Source: an uncultured virus (IMG/VR IMGVR_UViG_3300025174_000006)
Lineage: Duplodnaviria; Heunggongvirae; Uroviricota; Caudoviricetes
DNA: 20,000 nt
Direction: 5' to 3' (one strand)
Virus record (IMG/VR): IMGVR_UViG_3300025174_000006
Positions 14,880 through 20,000 of the stretch are shown piece after piece. The translations under genes and the position numbers were made by a program. The notes beneath the pieces were generated by a model that searched no databases, was not told where the DNA came from, and saw only the letters and a list, made by a program, of their open reading frames with translations. Within the stretch, counting starts at the first letter, position 1; every line of letters starts with the position of its first letter.

Positions 14880-15633
14880 ATGAAAAATTTAAAAAAAATA
14901 ATAGAAGAAACAGTAAGTAAAGTTCTGGGTGAAGGCGATTTTTTAACACATCAAATAAAAAATTCAATAAGCGTGTTAAATAATGTTTTCAAAGACAACT
15001 TAGTTGCAAAGATAAACGAAACAAATGATAAAGATAAACGAAACAAATGATAGTGTTATTGATGTTTATATTAAGAAATACAATATAAATGCATTAACAA
15101 AAATAGATAAAACGATAGAAAATTTAGGATATTTTATTTCTATTTTTAGTATAAATGGATTTCAAAAGAAATTTAACAAAGATTCATTTTTTAAAAAAAT
15201 AAAAGACTTAAAAGAATTAACTCCAATATACCTAAAGCTGGAGAAAAAAATGGACTCAAATGAAGATATAGATACAATTATCCCATCTATGTTATATCAC
15301 ATTACACATGAAAGACATCTCGCAAAAATCAAGAAAATAGGTTTAGTTCCAAAATCTAAATCTAAAAAATCAGCTCATCCTGAAAGAATATATTTAGCGT
15401 GGAATGAAGAATCTGCTATAAAATTAGTAAAAGAATTTTCAGATTTAGAATACGAATTTGAACATAATTATGTTTTATTAAAAATTGACACAAGTAAAAT
15501 TTCTGAGTTTAGACGTGATAAAAATTTCAAATTACATAATGACCCAAACTTTACAGATGGTTATTTTACATATGATAATATACCTCCTGCTGCAATAAAT
15601 TTTGAAAATATGAAATTAATAAACCTTGAATAA
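14880..15633 (+). pseudogene. ADP-ribosyltransferase/Tpt1-like gene split by a 22-bp duplication (ORFs 14880-15050 and 15025-15633)
   Basis: LYHITH...IKKIGLVP...RIYLA...LLKID...NIPP. Removing one copy of aaagataaacgaaacaaatgat (15008-15029, 15030-15051) gives a single 243-aa ORF. Confidence 0.7.
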
Positions 15634-16165
15634 TATGAGTTTGTTAGAAAAAATTAAAATAGAAAGATTTATTTCGGAAGATATTGACGAAGTTAAACAG
15701 TTAATTAAAAACATACATTCAAAAATCTGTTTTAATGAAACAAATATTCACATTTATAATAATTTAATGTATAAACTTTTTTTTAACGGTTATAGTTTTC
15801 TTTTGGATTTTTCATTAAAAGTAACATATAGAAAAAAAATAATAGGAGTTATGTTATTATCTGACTTTTCGTTTTATTGGCTATTAGAAACATATAAAGA
15901 AGATGACAAAAACATAAGCAAAAAAATAAAAAAATATAAGAACAAAGAAGGTTTAAGGAGTGTTTTTTTTGGAATTGATAGGAAATATCAAAAAAAAGGA
16001 TTAGGCTCTAAAATGATTGAATATATACAAAAAAACTATAAGCAGTTTGATTATTTGTGGGGAATTCAACATAAAGAGATTTCAAATATGGAATTTTTCT
16101 TAAAAAGAAGAAAAGTTGTTGCAGAAATAGGAAATTCCGTATATACTGTGCAGGATTTGAAATAA
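15626..16165 (+). CDS. GNAT-family acetyltransferase (start may be ATG 15635)
   Basis: Motif A: FGIDRKYQKKGLGSKMI. Confidence 0.75.
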   Translation: MNNMSLLEKIKIERFISEDIDEVKQLIKNIHSKICFNETNIHIYNNLMYKLFFNGYSFLLDFSLKVTYRKKIIGVMLLSDFSFYWLLETYKEDDKNISKKIKKYKNKEGLRSVFFGIDRKYQKKGLGSKMIEYIQKNYKQFDYLWGIQHKEISNMEFFLKRRKVVAEIGNSVYTVQDLK

Positions 16166-16169
16166 AAGC

Positions 16170-16370
16170 TTAAAACCCTTCTTTAGTAACTCCAGATGCT
16201 ACGGCAGCTTCTGCGTTGGCTTTACTCATTAATAGACTCATCTTATGTCCATCTTTACTTTCGCCCTTTGCAATGTACCCACCCTTTTTAGTTAAGCTAA
16301 TAACAGCATTAACCATTACTCCCTTTGATTTTGTCTTAAGACAATAAGCCTCTAATACTACTTTTTCCAT
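16170..16370 (-). CDS. Small DUF5679-like protein, paralog 2
   Basis: EAYCLKTKSK...KGGY..KGE...GHKM...ANAEAAVASGV. Confidence 0.7.
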   Translation of the reverse strand: MEKVVLEAYCLKTKSKGVMVNAVISLTKKGGYIAKGESKDGHKMSLLMSKANAEAAVASGVTKEGF

Positions 16371-16408
16371 TTTTTTTGGTTTTATAGTAAATATTAAAAA
16401 TTTTTATT

Positions 16409-16756
16409 TTAAGTCGGTGATGTTATTAATTGAAATTTAGTAGGATGCGACAATCTATAATCAACTTGTCTTTCATCAACATATTCTCGATAATTAACAT
16501 AACCTTTAACATATGGAGTTACGCGAGCATCGAAAAAAATAACATCTCCGTTATTTAACGCTCCTAATTTCTCAAATCCTTTTGTTTTGTTAAACCACAA
16601 ATGGTCAGTAACAATTTTATCAGACTTATCCTTAATATCTTTTAAGAGTATTGTTTCTACAGGATATCCATGATAATTCTTCTTTGTTCCAAATTTCTCA
16701 AATATTCCACTAAATCTGTCCCGTATATTTTCTATTTTTTCTAAATCTTTTCTCAT
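16409..16756 (-). CDS. Hypothetical protein
   Basis: 115-aa ORF whose start overlaps the nadD stop (ATGA). Confidence 0.75.
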   Translation of the reverse strand: MRKDLEKIENIRDRFSGIFEKFGTKKNYHGYPVETILLKDIKDKSDKIVTDHLWFNKTKGFEKLGALNNGDVIFFDARVTPYVKGYVNYREYVDERQVDYRLSHPTKFQLITSPT

Positions 16757-17325
16757 TGATAAAACCCTTTTCTTTTTATATAATTAGCAACTTGCGGTGC
16801 TAAAAAATCTTTCACATCTCTATTTTCCTTTATCTCGTTTCGGATAAATGTGGAAGACATTTCAATTAAATTAACATCAAACATTTTTACTTTTGGATGT
16901 AAAATTAGATTACCGCCATCGCTGGAGCTACGTGAATATACATAAATTTGATATTCTTCAAGTATTTTTTGATAATCTTTCCACTTGTGTAAGTTTTCTA
17001 AATTATCAGTTCCCATTATTATAACAAATTCATTTTCTTTAAATGTTTCTTTTAATAAATTGAGCGTATCTATAGTATACGAAGGTTTTGATAAATTAAA
17101 TTCAATATCACTGGCTCTCATATGTTCATTATCAATTAATGCCATATTAACCATTTTTAACCTTTCTTTTTCTGATAGTAGAGAATTTTTATCCTTGAGA
17201 GGATTGTGAGGAGATATTATAAACCACACACATTCCAATTCGGTATGTTCAAGCATGTAAGACGCCAATATTGTGTGACCGTTGTGGATTGGATTAAAAC
17301 TACCGAAGAATAAACCTATTTTCAT
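16753..17325 (-). CDS. nadD: Nicotinate/nicotinamide mononucleotide adenylyltransferase
   Basis: MKIGLFFGSFNPIHNGH (HxGH), SYTIDTL, IMGTDN..L.KWK and SSTFIR. Start reassigned to ATG 17325. Confidence 0.92.
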   Translation of the reverse strand: MKIGLFFGSFNPIHNGHTILASYMLEHTELECVWFIISPHNPLKDKNSLLSEKERLKMVNMALIDNEHMRASDIEFNLSKPSYTIDTLNLLKETFKENEFVIIMGTDNLENLHKWKDYQKILEEYQIYVYSRSSSDGGNLILHPKVKMFDVNLIEMSSTFIRNEIKENRDVKDFLAPQVANYIKRKGFYQ

Positions 17326-17407
17326 ATGTGATATTATTAAACGAAGATAATCATTATAATGTTGCAACTAACTTTTTTAAACTATTTATTGAAAAAAGAA
17401 ATATAAA

Positions 17408-18781
17408 ATGAATAATAAAGAACTAAGAAAATCGATAAGAAGGATTTTAAAGGAAAATCTTGAAAATTCTGATTGGGTGAATGCCAGTGATGCTCAAAAA
17501 GCTGCAATGCAAGATATAGACTCAGAAGATGAATTTGAACACTTAGGAACTAATAGGTTTGAAAAAGATTTTGATGTTGAAGATTTTCTATATGATTTAG
17601 AAGCTCAAAAAAATATGTCTGAGCCATCTGTAAAAAGATTAGAAAAACAAATTGGGCAATTAAAAAGATTTGGAAAGGGTTCTTTGAATGAATTATCGCC
17701 AGAAATAAGACAATCCGCACTTAAAAAAGCTGTTGATTATATTGAACAACCTGGAGATACCTATCATAAAGACCCGCTCCAATATATTAAGAAAAAAAAC
17801 CAAGCAAATTCATTTATTTCTCATGTTAATCCTGAGTTAAAAAAAGAAGCTATGGAAATAGCAAAAATGATAGATGTAAATTGTGAAAGTCGTATAGAAA
17901 AAGAAGCGGTAGGAAGTACACTTGAACCAAATGTTGTATTATATTTTGGTCAAAACATTGCAGATTTAAGTAATCAAATACTTAAAATTGCCATTAAAAA
18001 AGATAATCATACATGGGAAACCAAAAAATTTATTCCTGAAAATATTCAAAGAAGATTGGCTAATTTTATAAAAAAGATTCAAACAAAAGAAATATCTAGT
18101 CCAGTTAAACAATTGAATGAGAGATTTCTTGGTGGATGGCATTATTTCGCAACTCCAGAAGGTAAAGAAGAATATATTAAAGACCTCGAGTCTAAAAAGA
18201 TTAATGCAAAAGGAGAAGAATTAGAGCAAATTGAAAAAGAACTTAAAAAGTTAAAATCAATAAAACCAAAATCCTTAAAAGAAGAAACATCAAAACTTGA
18301 CAAGCCAAAAGATTCTGCAGGAAATTCAATATCATCCGGAGTGAGAGTTGAAGATTTAGAGTCGGGTAGTGCTGGACGAGTTGAGAGATTTGGTATTGAC
18401 GACAAAGGACAATTAACAGTTCATGTTGCTTGGATAACAAAATATGGACAGATAGCTCCAAAGTCCATTGTTTATCCCAAAAATATAATTGTTAAAGATT
18501 CTGCAAAAAAGATAACAGACGAAGGAATTAAAGATACTTTAAAAAATATTTATAAAGAATTGAATCCTATTGAAAAATGGAAACAAATGAAAGAAAATCG
18601 TAAAAAGCTCGAAAAAGAAGTTAGTGATTTACGAAGAGAAGTTTCTGAAAAGGAAAAAGAATTAGAAAAAATAGTGAATAGTAATCATATTAAAGCTGAT
18701 GTAAGTAATGATGTTGACGAAGGAATTGGAGCTGGATTATCACTTCCAATAAAAAAAGGAGCCGGAAGCAGATTTAAATAA
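17408..18781 (+). CDS. Multi-segment putative virion internal protein
   Basis: N-terminal LRKSIRRILKEN; segments bounded by SLNE, QLNE, SLKEE, ITDEG and VDEG; TATTTAT at 17383-17389. Confidence 0.65.
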   Translation: MNNKELRKSIRRILKENLENSDWVNASDAQKAAMQDIDSEDEFEHLGTNRFEKDFDVEDFLYDLEAQKNMSEPSVKRLEKQIGQLKRFGKGSLNELSPEIRQSALKKAVDYIEQPGDTYHKDPLQYIKKKNQANSFISHVNPELKKEAMEIAKMIDVNCESRIEKEAVGSTLEPNVVLYFGQNIADLSNQILKIAIKKDNHTWETKKFIPENIQRRLANFIKKIQTKEISSPVKQLNERFLGGWHYFATPEGKEEYIKDLESKKINAKGEELEQIEKELKKLKSIKPKSLKEETSKLDKPKDSAGNSISSGVRVEDLESGSAGRVERFGIDDKGQLTVHVAWITKYGQIAPKSIVYPKNIIVKDSAKKITDEGIKDTLKNIYKELNPIEKWKQMKENRKKLEKEVSDLRREVSEKEKELEKIVNSNHIKADVSNDVDEGIGAGLSLPIKKGAGSRFK

Positions 18782-18788
18782 AACTATT

Positions 18789-19802
18789 TTGGAAAATAAG
18801 TTAAGAAAATATATTCAAAAAATCCTTCAAGAATCTTTAAATACAGAAGACATTCCTGAAGACATCCCCATTAAAAAAGATTTAAAATTCACTGAGACCT
18901 CAAGAGGTTCGCATCATGGCCAGCAGGATTTAACAGCTTATGCCACAATAGAGGGAATAGTAGTTGGCTATGTTGAATATTCTATATTTCAGAACGAAAT
19001 CCACATAGAAATGATTGAAGTTGTTGAAGAACAAAAAAGACAAGGAATAGCAACAAAATTATTTCATTTTATAAGACTTAAAAATTCTGGTATGAAAATT
19101 ATTCCAGGATATTCAACCGAAGAAGGAAGTAAATTTTATAATGCTTATAAAAGCAAAAAACTAAAAGAAGATATAAATGTTCCTATAAATGTTGGAGATA
19201 CCGTTCTTGGTGGCCGTTTTAAAAATAAAAAAATTATTATTAAAGATATAGGAAAGTCAGATAAGGGCGACATTACAATTAATGACAAGCCTCTTTTAAA
19301 AGTTAGGATTCCAAAGAAAATAAATGAAGAAAAATTGACATGTTTATATATTCATGGTTTAGGAGCTGAAATATCTGATGATATTAAAAATTCTCTTTCC
19401 AAATACAATCTCATATATCCCAAAATAAACTACGACAAAACAACAAAACCATATTATCAATGTTTAGAAATATTAAATAAAGATAAGGTGGATTTTATAA
19501 TAGGTCATTCTATAGGTGGAGTTATGGGTTATTATTTAGCTAAAGAAACAAATATTCCAGCTTTATTATTATGTCCGGCATTTGGAGATGAATATAAAGT
19601 TCTCACAAGTAAGTTAGTTAAAGATAATAACCCAAAAATAGTTGTTATCATAGGAAAAAAAGATGATGAAGTTGATAATAAAAAAGTTAAATCCACTTTA
19701 GAAAATCAACCCAATTGTGTTATTAAAGAATTAAATATCGGACATGATATTACAGAAAAAAATCTGATTTTATTTGCTGATGGTTTTGTTGAAAATTTAT
19801 AA
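18789..19802 (+). CDS. Fusion protein: GNAT domain, small beta domain and alpha/beta hydrolase
   Basis: KRQGIATKL (GNAT); HGLG, GHSIGG, D..V and GH (hydrolase triad pattern); TTG start; N-terminal LRKYIQKILQES. Confidence 0.75.
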   Translation: MENKLRKYIQKILQESLNTEDIPEDIPIKKDLKFTETSRGSHHGQQDLTAYATIEGIVVGYVEYSIFQNEIHIEMIEVVEEQKRQGIATKLFHFIRLKNSGMKIIPGYSTEEGSKFYNAYKSKKLKEDINVPINVGDTVLGGRFKNKKIIIKDIGKSDKGDITINDKPLLKVRIPKKINEEKLTCLYIHGLGAEISDDIKNSLSKYNLIYPKINYDKTTKPYYQCLEILNKDKVDFIIGHSIGGVMGYYLAKETNIPALLLCPAFGDEYKVLTSKLVKDNNPKIVVIIGKKDDEVDNKKVKSTLENQPNCVIKELNIGHDITEKNLILFADGFVENL

Positions 19803-19829
19803 TTGAAATTATTATTTTTTAATATAAAG

Positions 19830-19902
19830 TGCTTCCAGTTGGACTTGAACCAACGACCCGAAAATTAAGAATTTCCTACTCTACCATCTGAGCTATGAAA
19901 GC
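19830..19902 (-). tRNA. tRNA-Lys(CTT)
   Basis: GCTTTCA/TGGAAGC, GGAAA-TTCTTAA-TTTTC, canonical D- and T-loops; outside the main array. Confidence 0.93.
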
Positions 19903-20000
19903 AATAATTTATAATGTATTATAGATATATGTTGAGTAAAATCCACAGAATGTTCTATTTTATGGATTGTGCTCAACAAATATGTAATTGTGTGTCCGAC

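Noticed and set aside
17326..17367. N-terminal extension of nadD in the ORF track
   Set aside because: The NadD family starts at MKIGLFFG, and the extension overlaps a promoter-like TATCTTCG.
1..20000. Stop-codon reassignment (alternative genetic code)
   Set aside because: Recognisable genes are full length under the standard code, and no suppressor-anticodon tRNA is present in the window.

Overview
AT-rich window from a large T4-like (jumbo) phage genome. The host is probably a Bacteroidota, based on TTTG-N21-TAnnTTTG promoters and a Bacteroidota-type NadD. The core is a minus-strand RNA operon (about 14.3 to 10.1 kb) with 15 tRNA or tRNA-like genes. It also holds a minimal RNase P RNA lacking most of the specificity domain, an unrecognised ~310-nt structured RNA, a 63-nt pseudoknotted RNA and two homing-type endonuclease genes. 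The main find is an unannotated 42-codon leader ORF (14131-14259) at the head of the operon, set in a 1:2 / 2:3 / 3:4 attenuator. Its codons 7-32 use almost only, and all of, the 12 amino acids whose tRNAs lie downstream. This suggests a ribosome-stalling sensor that switches on the phage tRNA array when host tRNAs are depleted. Many of the tRNAs have remodelled elbows, and one Arg tRNA has a rearranged architecture. Flanking genes include adenine and cytosine methyltransferases, a putative nuclease, three ORFs built from fragments of structural proteins (including a Gol-like peptide), a 2H phosphoesterase, ART-like and GNAT genes, nadD and putative virion-packaged polyproteins. All calls come from manual reading and remembered family motifs; no searches were run.
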